64,000 nucleotides of DNA from Octopus sinensis (GCF_006345805.1 NC_043000.1:21886001-21950000), one strand, 5' to 3'. Counted from the first letter of the stretch, positions 14,913 to 27,224 are shown. Translations and numbers: made by a program. The notes: a model not told the origin generated them from the sequence alone.

Positions 14913-15127
14913 CATACATACATACATACATACATACATACATACATACATACATACATAGGCACACACACACTGACCCACACACATGCGCAGAAACAAA
15001 CAAAAAGGATTGCAGTGTAAATAACGGACAGAATCAAGACTATTGAAAAGGTTGCAAGATGCAACGAAAATTTTAGGGAAATAAAAATAAGAAATAAGTG
15101 GAAATTTTACTCTCCCCAGACACAACA
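12272..15127. mobile_element. Inverted-arm element enclosing the satellite (MITE/foldback-like)
   Basis: 12330-12437 aligns to the reverse complement of 15002-15110 (about 10 differences in 107 bp by hand); 12272-12290 also pairs with 15109-15127. No TSD found. Confidence 0.7.
12462..14960. repeat. 2.5-kb CATA/CATG/CACA/TATA complex satellite
   Basis: Directly visible; almost unbroken pyrimidine-purine alternation. Confidence 0.98.
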
Positions 15128-16251
15128 AAGTGTTGATTAACGTTGTACATAAAAAGTATATACGCGCGCACATACCGTATTTAATGGCATATAAGACGAA
15201 CAGGCAGATTAGACGCATCCCAATTTCGGGAGGGCATATTCAGGAAAAAAGTTTTTTAAAGCATTAAAACATGTAATATTTAAATCAATCTAGTAGTACA
15301 TTACAAAACATTACAAAAGTACGAAAGCATTATCTAATAATGCTTAAATTTAAATAGTTATAGAATCAGGTTAGAGAGAACAAACCGCCGGGATCAAAAT
15401 TAGCATATTAGGACCTGGATTGATGTTTTGAGATATTTTTAGGTAAAAAAAAAAAAAAAAATGCGACTCATGTGCTATGAAATACAGTTTGACCCAGTTT
15501 CACGTAAAAGTTTCGGCCGTGTAGGACAATTGTACCTGTCCGATATGGCTCTGAATCAAACTTTTATTAAATACATGCAACTTCAACCAAATCTTTCGTC
15601 TCTTTATTCACTCGTGTATGTGTGTGTGGAGAGAGAGAGACAAAGAGAGAGAGGGGGGTGGAGAGAGAGAGAGAGAGTGTGTGTGTGTGTTAATGAATTT
15701 AGATTAGCTCGTATGCGTAGGAAGATGAATTTGTTGTTTCGAGACTGACTCTTCCCCTTTTAATACCGATCACTGATCCACGATCAATACTTTCCTCCTC
15801 CTTATTTTCCTACCCTTCGACATATAGTATCACACACAGGCACACTGGACTTTAACACTGTTCATTTATGTCTACCTCCACTCATAATGATTTTCACTGT
15901 TCCGCCAAACACTTAACTTTGACACTTGTGATCATTGACCTCTAACCACACGACAATACAAGAAGTGAATTTATCACATTTTTTTAAAAAATCCGCTCCT
16001 ACTTTTCTCTCACTTGTCCTTACACATTTTAATACTACACAAACCCTCATTTGTTATTTTGTCCCCCCCCCCTTCGGTCAAACATTGAATCTAAAAACAC
16101 TAACCTTGAGAACTTTCAAGGAGGACATGATAACTTAGTCTCTTTCAACAACATAAATATACAAATCATTGCTCACTTTAAGGAAATGGATTTGTACTTC
16201 ACTCACACACACACACAATTATAAATACACGACTAAATTCTAAATCGCTAC

Positions 16252-16666
16252 GGATCTTTTCGGTTTGAACGGCAGCTTTTTCTAGCGGTGTCATATGAAA
16301 TTGTCACCCATAATTATGACCCTAGTATCGATCTATTGCATTTCAATCTGTTTTAGGGTTAGGGTTAGGGGTGGGGAGAAGGGTAACTTTTTTTCTTTAG
16401 AAATGTAAATAAACCCAATCTGTTTCTTAAACGAGGGACATATTCATACGGCACAGAATGTTTTCACCTCAATAGACGTCATTGATTGGTTGAAATTGCA
16501 GAAATTGAAGAAAAACAACAAATATCTTACAAACTATAGAATTTTCTCAATAAAGCCAAGAGAAAAAGATGTTTTATAAACACATTCTACCAGTATACGA
16601 AGTTTAAAAGTGTTTAGTTACGTAGAAATTATATTAAAAAAACTGCCGGTCAAACCGAAAAGATCC
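16252..16666 (+). mobile_element. Merlin-like MITE, full length
   Basis: Same TIRs as 7208; TSD ATCGCTAC/GTCGCTAC. Confidence 0.88.
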
Positions 16667-17109
16667 GTCGCTACAATCCCTGAATATTTCTTTTAGGGTA
16701 GGATGAGGAGTACTATAAGGAATCGTCAAAGATTGTGACGGTTAGCATTTGCTGTCTGAGTGCCCTTTAGCAATTTTAAATGCTTGTAACTTTTTTATTA
16801 ACTTCTAAAAAAAAAAAAAAAAAGTGGGTGTGGATTTACATCATTAGCATATAAAATTACAACAAAGAAAATGTGAAATAATTCAAATGGTTGAATGAAT
16901 TCTAAAAAGATCCTACCAGACTAGTTCTGACGCATCTCTTTCTCCCCTTGTTCCGCAGGGTCAAAAGCAGGACAATTGAGAGGATGCCTATGTCTCCTTG
17001 CAACTATTATACATAGGTTCTTAAATTCATTAACGAAAGCGTGTTTCAAGCTGCCAGATCATACTCGCTTGAATGTGACGGCTCAAGCTTATTAAGCTCA
17101 TATATATCT

Positions 17110-17285
17110 TACCTTTTGCTTGTTTCGGTCACTGGACTGCCGGAGCACCGCTTTGAAAGGTTTAGTCGGACAAATCAACCTCAGCACTCACTTTTTAAGT
17201 CTGGTACTTATCCTACCGGTCGCTTTTGCCGAACTGCTTGGTTACGGAGCGAAAATAAACCAACAGCGGTTGTCAAGGACTGTGG
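17110..17285 (-). mobile_element. SINE family A, 3' half
   Basis: Reverse complement of the family A tail. Confidence 0.75.
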
Positions 17286-17402
17286 CGGGAGAGAGGCGAA
17301 CACGAGCTCAAAAACGCGCATGCGCATATATGATAGGCTTCAGCAGTTTCATCTACCGAATTCACTCACAAGACACTAACCAGTCCAAAGTGACGCGCAG
17401 TA

Positions 17403-17448
<46 letters not shown>

Positions 17449-17855
17449 GGATCTTTTCGGTTTGAACGGCAGTTTTTAACAATTTCTAGGTAACTAAAAA
17501 ATTTTAAACTTCGTATACTGGTAGAATGTGTTTATAAGACATATTTTTCTCTTGGCTTTATTGAGAAAATTCTATAGTTTGTAAGATATTTGTTTTGTTT
17601 TTTTTTCTTCAATTTCTGCAATTTCAACCAATCAGTGACGTCTATTGAGTTAAAAAGCATTCTGTGCCGTATGAATATGTCCCTCAAAAAACAGATTGGG
17701 TTTATTTACATTTGTGAAGAAGAAAAGATACCCTTCTCCCACCCCTAACCCTAAAAGAGATTGAAATGCAATAAATCGATTCTAGGGTCATAATTATGGG
17801 TGACAATTTCATATGATACCGCTAGAAAAAACTGCCGTTCAAACCGAAAAGATCT
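17449..17855 (-). mobile_element. Merlin-like MITE, full length, inverted relative to 16252
   Basis: TIRs present; perfect TSD ATATATTC on both sides. Confidence 0.9.
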
Positions 17856-17862
17856 ATATATT

Positions 17863-18063
17863 CTTTTATTTGTTTCAGTCATCTGATTGCGGCCATGCTA
17901 GAGCACCACTTTTAGTCGAACAAATCATCCCCAAGACTTATTCTTTCTAAGCCTAGTACTTATTCTATCGGTCCATTTTGCCGAAACGCTAAGTTACAGG
18001 GACGTGAACTCACCAACATCGGTTGTCAAGCGATGGTAGGGGGGGGACAAACACAGACACAAG

Positions 18064-18103
<40 letters not shown>

Positions 18104-18240
18104 ACGGGCTTCTTTCAGTTTCCGTCTACCAAATCCACCCATAAGGCTATTGTAGAAGACACTTGCCCAAAGTGCCACGCAATGGGACTGAACCCGGAAC
18201 CATGTGGTTGGTAAGCAAGCTACTTACCACACAGCCACAC
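17863..18240 (-). mobile_element. SINE family A
   Basis: Head, core and tail all present in reverse. Confidence 0.9.
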
Positions 18241-18396
18241 AATGAATATCATAACATAGGTGGCCCGTTTGCAATTAAAACCCAAAAGCAAGTTAATAAA
18301 CAAGGGTACAAATTAGTATCGGCAATTGCTAGAGATAGGAGTCAAAAAACGACCGAGTCGTTATATAAGAAGTTGATAATGTACAATAGTGTTTTC

Positions 18397-18397
<1 letters not shown>

Positions 18398-18431
<34 letters not shown>
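18398..18431. repeat. (AAT)n microsatellite
   Basis: Directly visible. Confidence 0.95.
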
Positions 18432-18432
<1 letters not shown>

Positions 18433-19580
18433 GAGTCAGAAATAAAGAAGTTATTGCTTCTTAGTTTATGTATAAGTATAGAAGGTCCTCTAGTTTTCCT
18501 GAGGAAATGAAATGGTGCTCAAATCTTTTTATCTACTTTTTATCCAGCTTCAGAGTCTATGTCAATATTTCTGTCCGTGGTCTTCCTGCATACATTAACG
18601 TACGACTATATAAGCTTAACATAATCACATCGATTTCACAAGGCTGGAAGACTTACAAAAGGGACTCATCCTCTTTTCCTGGCAAATTGGGAACGTTCAG
18701 TACAGCTGCTCCCATGTAAGCAATGAGTAGTGTGTGCGTCCCAGAAGAGATATAAATCTAGTTTTAGATTTACATGCAAACTCAAGTAACAAGATGAATA
18801 ATTCTTACTTCCTACGTCATCAGATACGCAATTTAACTCATAATATCCTGGATATTAGCTCATTGATCTAAAACTTTTTTTTTTTGTTCTAGTGTTTAGT
18901 TCCGTAGCCTTGCAAATGACGGTCCTGTTTTATAGTTGTTTTGTTTTTGTGTTTGTTGGTTTGTTTTTTACTTTTTTTTTTTGTAGATGTCTCTAAAATT
19001 GAGAACACCTTTTATTATAGGTTATTATAGGTTTATTGTATTAGGTTTTTGACCTGGCGTTGAATGGCAGCAGGCAAACAGAATTTAGTGGTAAAAGTAG
19101 AGCTAAAACCCTAGCCTAAGTTTCGGTTTTGTTTACGGCAATTCTCCCGCAATTATATTAGTACAAAAATATTATCAAAAGAATTTTGTCCAGCATAGAA
19201 ATTGAGAACCGCAGTACATGGACATAAGATAGTGAATAATTCGTATAAATATTTGCAGCCGATGTAGTTGTTGTGTCTAGCCATGAATATCTTATCTTAT
19301 TTTCCCAATCAGTCTCCTTTTTAAGATAGAAGGGTAGTATGATTTGAGGAAGATTTAGTTATTTGTGACGAGCGACCAGGTACCTGGCTTCCTCGTTGGA
19401 GCGATTCTATGTGTAATGTAAATATTATCTTATTGTCTGTGACAAGAGGAACTCGTTTTGATAGCACTTCCCTACTCCATGATGTCCAATGATACTTCAA
19501 GTAATGTAATCAGGAACAACTTTTGTATCGAAAATCTACAAAAGAATGGCTGCCACTGAGTGATACAAAGTGTAGGACTC

Positions 19581-19988
19581 GGATCTTTACCTTTTGACCA
19601 ACAGATTTAAAAAATTATTTTTTGTAACTAAACACTTCCAAACTTCGGACACTGGTAGAATGTGTCATATAAAACATCTTTTAGCATTTTTGAGAAAGGG
19701 TTAGGGTTGTCATAAATAACAGTGACAAACGAAAAATACACTGCCGGAAGTTCTTGTTGACAAACAACGGCAGTAATTTTATTCAGCTGAATACACGTCA
19801 ATCATTGGTTGAAATTACCGAAATAGGACTACTTTGATGTGAAATTACTTCGTAAATATAATTTTTCTCAAAAATGCTAACAGTAAAAGATGTTTTATAT
19901 GACACATTCTACTAGTGTCTGAAGTTTGAAAGTGTTTAGTTACAAAAAATTATTTTTCTTAATCTGCAGGTCAAAAAGGTAAAGATCC
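19581..19988. mobile_element. Merlin-like MITE, second subfamily
   Basis: TIR GGATCTTTACCTTTTGACC / GGTCAAAAAGGTAAAGATCC; TSD TAGGACTC/TATGACTC; subterminal blocks (CTGGTAGAATGTGT, AAAACATCTTTT) shared with the 7208 family. Confidence 0.85.
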
Positions 19989-20142
19989 TATGACTCCGCG
20001 CGTTACAGTATATAGCTTTTTTTTTTTTTCAACTGTTGTAACACTAAGTGGGAGAATATTCCCTAATGATGACTATAAACTGGTTTTCATTCGTTGACTC
20101 TACGCGGACCATTTGATACTGATAGAAGAGTATATATATCGG

Positions 20143-20551
20143 GGATATTTTCGGTTTGAACGGCAGTTTTTTTAATATAATTTCCACGTAAAAAACACTT
20201 TTAAATTTCGTATACTGGTAGAATGTTTATAAAACATCTTTTTCTCTTGGCTTTATTGAGAAAATTCTATAGTTTGTAAGATATTTGTTGTTTTTTTTCT
20301 TCAATTTCAACCAATCAATGACGTCTATTGAGGTAAAAAAAAAAAAAACATTCTGTGCCGTATGAATATGTCCCTCGTTTAAGAAACAGATTGGGTTTAT
20401 TTACATTTCTGAAGAAAATAAGATACCATTCCCCCCACCCCTAACCCTAAAAGAGATTGAAATGCAATAGATCGATACTAGGGTCATAATTATGGGTGAC
20501 AATTTCATATGACACCGCTATAAAAAATTCCCGTTCAAACAGAAAAGATCC
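20143..20551 (-). mobile_element. Merlin-like MITE, full length
   Basis: TIRs present; perfect TSD TATATCGG on both sides. Confidence 0.9.
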
Positions 20552-21934
20552 TATATCGGGTATAACAGTGAATAAATCCATTGTTTTAGTACCCAACCAA
20601 TCAACACGAAGTGGGGGGGTCGTTAGAATGTCGGACATGTCTCAGTATTTGTTCTGACACACAGCATCCTGAGATCAAATCCAGCCAAGGTCAACTTTAC
20701 TTTCCATTCTTTCGGGGTCGATAAAAACAAAAAGTACAGATCCAAGAGGGTAGAATGGCGGAACTGTAAGAACATCAGATCGAATGTATTGCGATATTTG
20801 TTCCGACAACACTTTGCGTTCTGAATTCAAACCCCATCATGACCTTCTTTGATGATAAACTTCATCTGTCACCAGTTTAACACCATCGCATGACACCTTG
20901 GGTGCCTTTAACAGGGACTATTCTATTAAAAGCATTTGGTGTCTGTTTCCCTTCCACTAGTTTCGGAAAGCGTGTGAAGTGCTGTAGGCACTGCTCTTCT
21001 TACTGCCCGAATTTTTTTTTTAAATGGCCGATTGATTTATATACTTATGTGGCAACTAACCTCGACTTGAATGGAGTTAAAGAACCCGACCCGTCTCCAC
21101 TTTAATTTGTTTTGTTTATGGACTATTATATTTGTTCAGTTTGCAAATGTGCACAGGATACAAATGATAAAAGCGAGCATTATCGACACTATACTGGGAG
21201 GTAATATCACATTGTTGAACTTATGGTCATTTTATCCGTGTGCAAGAAAGAATATTTATTTAATGTCTTACTTGTTTATGAGCACGGAGTGTAATTTAAA
21301 AAAAAATATTTGCTTGCTATTTCTAGCAGGTCAGACATCTTAAAGGATTTACTGTCGGTTTGAAAAAGACTATGGGAAAATAGAATGCGGTCACAAATCA
21401 GCGGTGGGTAGGAAAGTCTTCCCATGTATAAATCACGCCCACTCCTTTCAAATGCATAGATATGAACTAACGCTGGTGCACATATCTAGACCTCTTTTAC
21501 ATGTGAATACATAACGCTAAACATCACTGAAATACAGCACATCGAGAAAACACACAGCTAACAATTTATATATGTGTGCGCGCGCACACACACACATATT
21601 TCACTTTATATTTCCTCTGTCAATGAAACTGTTATAACGAAGTTTAACATTGGGGCAATTAAACAACTAGAATCATGAAAAGGTTAAGCAAAAAAACATT
21701 CCCGTTGGTGGCCGTCCCAGAATTTCCCGTTCAAATTTGAGCTTCCGTATCAAGAACCATCTTGTTGCTTTATAAGAAATCAACCATTGAATTATACTTC
21801 ACGTTCTGTATTATTTATTTGTCCTATATTGTCGCAATTTCGTGACTTCTTAAAGCACAGTAATTATATATATATATATATATATTTAAAAAAAACAATT
21901 ATTGTTAATCTTGTTATCTCATCAATTCATGTAA

Positions 21935-22400
21935 GCGTAAAGCAATATCATCAGATACTTAAGATTATAAAACATGCAGGGTGAAAGAAGTGCCGTTGTG
22001 AAATCATTAGGATTTGCACTGTCATCTTTAAAAAGCATGATGAATCGACCTGACAAAATATAAATTACTGTGCAAAATTTAGATGAATGTAATTCTATTA
22101 AACTGACATACACAGTAAAACCATGGAAGAGTTTATCTGAGTAGTTGAAAAAATCGCTAAAACCTTTCTTGCTTCTTGTGGGTGGTTTTAAAAACAAAAT
22201 ATCAAGCAAAGAACTATAGCGCCAAAAGGACCCAGCAAGCGCTGACGCTGACAGCATCGGAACTTCCAGCAGAATTTGAGAGTATTACAGAACTCGCTAA
22301 ACACCCAATAAATCTAGATAATGTAGATAAATGTGAGCCAATTTGAAAACGTGTACCCTCTAAAACTTTTACCTCAATGTAAGAGGAAAAAATTATATTA
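21935..22400 (+). pseudogene. Decayed Tigger/pogo transposase, N-terminal part
   Basis: Frameshifted + strand peptides: RKAIS..KIIKH..ERSAVVKSLGFALSSLKSMMNRPDKI (HTH_psq-like), FLASCGWF, ASADAD, and NLDNVDKCEPI*KRVPSKTF (matches the pogo/Tigger FNxDETGLxWKxxPxxTF motif). Confidence 0.8.
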
Positions 22401-22739
22401 AAATGGAAACAGCAAAACATCTCGCGTTAAGTGCAAATGTCAATGGAAACTTGAAACTTAGAATAGTCTGTAGCCAGCTGTCACACATTACTGTGAGAAA
22501 AATAATTTCGAGTCAAAGGTATTAAAGTACTTAAGACATTCCTTGGGTATTGTTCAGTTCTTGATTCACAATCGTGCTAACCTGTTGAAAGCCTTGGTAA
22601 ATTAGCACGTACTTTTGAGCCACTTTCAAAAGACGGTCCACACTTTGAACAAAGTATAACAGTCTACTGAACTGTTATAAGAAAGATTCGTAAAAAGGAA
22701 AACCCGGCAGCCATTTTTTACTTTTCAACTTTTATCTTT

Positions 22740-22950
22740 TACTTGTTCCAGTCATTGGACTACGGCCATGTTGGGGCGTCGCCTTGAAGGGTTTAGTCGA
22801 ACAAATCGACCCCATACTTTCTTTATAAATCTGGTACTTATACCATCAGTTCTTTTGGGCCGAACTGCTATGGGACGAAGACGTAAACAAACCAATACTA
22901 GGTGGGGGATAAACGTGTTTCCGTCTACAAAATTCAATCACAAGGACATA
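22740..22950 (-). mobile_element. SINE family A, partial
   Basis: Tail and part of the core in reverse. Confidence 0.75.
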
Positions 22951-23255
22951 TTTTGTCTTGCATGTTAATGCAAAGTCAACGAAAAGGACCAAGTTGATAA
23001 TATATTAAATATATAATGTAAACGAAATCGATTGAAATATCAATCAAAACATACATATTAAAATACAATACTTCTTTTTCCGTAACTTTGCACACAATTA
23101 CGTTTCCCTAAGATAAAAATATGTGGAAAAAAATGCACACACGTATTCACATCATCAGCAGGATCTCAAGAGATACTTGTCAAAATAAATTCGTTTACAT
23201 ACACTAAGTTGAAGTAAAGTTGACGTATGAATAAAAAATGGCCTGAACCATATAA

Positions 23256-26110
23256 TCTATATCTATTAAACAGAGTTTGTGTGTCTGTGTGTGGTGCGTA
23301 TGTTCCTTATGGATTCGAAAACCGAGTTACCGATTACTGACTCTTTTGATACCTCATACGCCAAATACTAATTGAAGTGATTTTTTGCGCAACTCTTTTT
23401 TACTTCAAAAATAACCTTGGAAACAAGGTCGGGTTGCACAATATTGAGGTCATTTTCGGGCAATATTCTGATTTGCTTCTAATCTACGTTGCCAATTTTA
23501 ATGATTTTGGTGTCAAAAAACGCAGCAATGTACAAGGGATGTTATGAGTGCACAAAACCCTATTTGCCCACGGAAAATGACAAAAACATGCTTTTGGGGG
23601 ACAATTATTAACACAATTTCCGCACCTCCCACTTACGTTTTTTTTTTCCTCAAAAATTTCTTCGGATTTCTGTTTTCGATATAAGAGAATACGATTTTGC
23701 CCCAAAATCACGTTTCAAAATTTTAATCTGAATGTTTCACGCATGCGTAGAATAGCAGACGTCAAAAATATCAGACCACCACCAGAAAACCCGACATCCT
23801 AGAAACAACAGCTAAACAACATTATTGCTGGAAAAAAAACTTTCCCGCTTTCAAAAATAGCTAAAAGTGAAACATTCGGAGTTTTTAGTTTTTGAATGTG
23901 GAGAGGTGGTGGGTGGAGGTTGAGGAAAGGGATTTGAGTGTTCCTTAAAGAAAATCTTTTTTTTAATTTTTAAAGATTCGTAATCTCAGTATTTTTGTAC
24001 GTGGATTACAAAGGAAAAATTTCGAAAAAAGTTTAAAATTTTAAAATTAGCATAGGGAGGGGGAAAATTAAAATCTTGAAAACTTGTTTTTTTGCCCAAA
24101 TCCCTATCTCCTGTATCGAAAACACGGGAACCTGAAGAAATCTTTGGAAAAAAAAATGGGAGCGCAAATGTCACTTCCAACTTGATAGAAACAACAGCTA
24201 AACGACACGATTTCTTAAAAAAAAAACTTCCTTTTAAGCTTAATATCGAAGATCAGGTTTTTAAATACGCTTATCACAAATACGATTTACAAAATAAAGG
24301 TCGGCGGAGTTCTGATCGAAGCACGTACCCCTCATAACTTATTTATTTTTAAGAATTTTCACAAAATTCTTTTTTGATTCTGTCTTCTGCATAATGGAAT
24401 TAATACGATTATCCAATATATTTTTCTAAATATTCCTTTCCCTCTAATTCTAAAACTTCCCACTGTTTTTCGAGTTTTCTTTTTTTATTATTTCTGGTTT
24501 TAAAATACGGACAGTCTGATTCTGCCATTTGTTTCTCTTTATAATTTCCGAATAATTTTTTAAATACTTCGAAGCCAAATTGTTGGGTGTTTGTGTAAGA
24601 GAAAAACATTTACTAACAGAAAATTATGTTATTAAAATACATTATCTCTAACATACCTTCAAATTGTTGCGAGAAAAACATTTACTAACAGAGAATTATG
24701 TTATGAATATACATTATCTGTAACAAACCTTTAAATTATTGCGGATAAAATATTAAAATTCGAAAACTTTCCCACGAAGTGTACAGTCCAAATTTCAATT
24801 TTATTGTTATCTTCTCGCTAGGGGTCACTCATATCTAAAAAAAAAAGCAGGGATCCGTTTTGTTAAAAATAAAGAGAAAGTGCGTATTGTGCCATTCTTA
24901 CAATTTTCCCGGCAAAGGAAGTTTTGCATACTTGCAATATATGACAACACGACAAAGAAGGGTCTCATGTATATTTATTTTAAACCAACACTGGAGACAC
25001 GCAAAATATAGTTTACTAAGAAGCGTTGTCGGCTTCACTGAACATTTGCTGAAGTGTGCAGTCTGCCCAAACATTAGAGATAGCACTTTTCACAATGAAG
25101 CAGCTTTCTTTCCATGTACCTTACCTTCTGAAATACGGATACCCATACGTCCTCATTCGGCACCAATTTCTTTACATCCCTAAGTCTTGATTGCTTACTT
25201 TTGCCTGTATGCTCTCCAAAGTCCTTTTCTCGTGCAACTTATTAATATACTTAACTTATTTCTTAGGCTTTCACCGTTCATCAGCCATGAAGCCATACAT
25301 CGCTCCACTCTGCATACGAGCATAACCCAATTATTTTCAAGAAGCACAGCATCCCTATACATTTATGCCAAACTGTCCACATCACTAACCCTGCTTAGTC
25401 ATATCCTTATATATATAGTTAATCCAAACAAGAAAACACAAAAAAACACAACAACGCGAGGACGTGGAACAAATATAGTATTATTGGACGCTCAGGGAAG
25501 AAGGGTTATATATATACATATACATACAGCTCAAAATGTCCCTTTTTTTATTCTGTTAGCCTCAACATTGATGTAAACTAATACCAAATATCCTTGCAGA
25601 AAACCATACTTTTGAACATGGCCTTTTCATTGGAGAATCTAATGTATATGCGTGTTGTTCACAGTTATCAACAAATATTATGGGACGGGCAAGAACTATT
25701 TCAGCTTCTACATTACCCGATTCGTAGCCATAAAACTGAGTTGCCAATATTGCTGAATGAGATACCAAAAGATTGAGCAATATTTCGGCTACCAGCGTAA
25801 AGTAAGTTTTTTGCACAGCAACCCTATTTTACTACAAAAATTAACACCAAAACAAGGCTGGGTCGCACTATTTTGAGGTCATTTTGGGAGCAATGTTAGG
25901 ATTTCCATTTAATCTAAACTGCCATTGTACATGTTTTTGGTGTCAAAAATCACAGCATTGTTAATCAGAAAATGATCGAAAAACATGTTTATGAAGAAGA
26001 GTTGATTGCTTGAAACCCCTCATGTGCCGATTCTACCTGTAAGAAAGGAACAAATAATACAATATGGTTGTAGGTAAAAACAGTCGGGCAACGCCGGGGT
26101 GCATTGCTAG
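23256..26110 (+). mobile_element. Non-autonomous Helitron, about 2.85 kb
   Basis: 5' A|TCTATATCTATTAAACAGAGTTTGTGTG; 3' GC hairpin CGGGCAACGCCGG then GCTAG|T; A/T target, no TSD. No Rep/helicase ORF seen. Confidence 0.7.
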
Positions 26111-26224
26111 TACTGCTATAAAAATTCTTGCCCAATTCAAGTCAGCATGATAAAGTGGATGTAAAAACCATGTCGTATACATGACACATACATACGTATA
26201 TACGCACATTTATACATATATAAT

Positions 26225-26525
26225 GGTGTGGCTGTGTGGTAAGAAGCTTGCTTCCCGACCACGTGGTTCCGGGTTCAGTCCTACTGCGTGGCACCTTGGG
26301 CAAGTATCTTCTACCATATCCTCGGGCCAACGAAAGCCTTGCGAGTGGATCTGGTAGACGGAAACTGAAAAACGCCCGTCGTATTTATATAGTTTTGTAA
26401 CTGTCCCGCACAATTAGAATGAGTACTAGGCTTTAAAAAAAATCCTAGATCGATTTGTTCAACTAAAACCCTTCAAAACAGTGCCCCAGCATGGCCGCAG
26501 TCAAACGACCGAAACACGTAAAAGA
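26225..26525 (+). mobile_element. SINE family A with internal deletion
   Basis: tRNA-like head with B-box GGGTTCAGTCC, core and tail. Confidence 0.85.
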
Positions 26526-26529
26526 TAAT

Positions 26530-26563
<34 letters not shown>

Positions 26564-27224
26564 TTATATTCAGTGCAACCTTGAATCAAGGTGATTCATA
26601 GTGAAATGCAGTCCAGACGTTCTGTTATCTAAGTCTATATTATACAATGTATGATTCATGTTTTTTTTTAATAAAACGGTGTGATTTAGTAGCTATTTCT
26701 CACAGGCCAAGTGACAGTATATTTCACCTTCAAATAACTCAACCTTCTTCCAGTGCAAACAATAATATGAATGAGTCTACGAATGTGCCATTATACGATC
26801 ACGTGTCCAGCTAGAAATAGCAGCCAAATCTTCCACATATCGAACCTGTGTATATGTGCATGATTGATGTAACCAGTGTCCCTGACTTATTGATCTTAAT
26901 TCAATCAGCTATTATCTTCCCTACAAATATTGGCCCTGAATTAATTAAAAGTGACAGGTGAGATGGTGGATTTCATGCTAAGAGTAGTTTGTTACCCTTA
27001 TCACTGCCCTTTCTGAGTGTAAACATCTTAAAAGTCGACAAACTAAGTAGCCTCATTTATCACTGATTCAGGATGCTCGGTTGTGAACCATGTTATGCTT
27101 ATCACAGAATGATAACACAAGTTAGCAAACACAGATTCTGCTTGTACCACAAAAACATGCCTCAGTGGCTACCTACAATTCTCAACCACCCAGAATTCAC
27201 TGGTTATTGTGTATGTCTACATGA

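Noticed and set aside
12462-14960. CRISPR-like or other repeat-spacer array
   Set aside because: No constant repeat with unique spacers, no cas genes, and a eukaryotic context.
12219-15218. Very long ORFs (up to 933 aa) rich in His/Cys/Met/Thr/Tyr on both strands
   Set aside because: An alternating Y-R sequence yields only YRY or RYR codons, while all stop codons are YRR, so stops cannot occur. The ORFs are an artefact of the satellite, not a metal-binding protein.
16352-16376. True telomere or chromosome-fusion site
   Set aside because: Only 2-3 TTAGGG units, always at the same position inside a MITE.
21922-22257. 111-aa minus-strand ORF faintly like a hAT dimerisation domain
   Set aside because: The opposite strand gives much clearer Tigger/pogo motifs; the ORF is a shadow.
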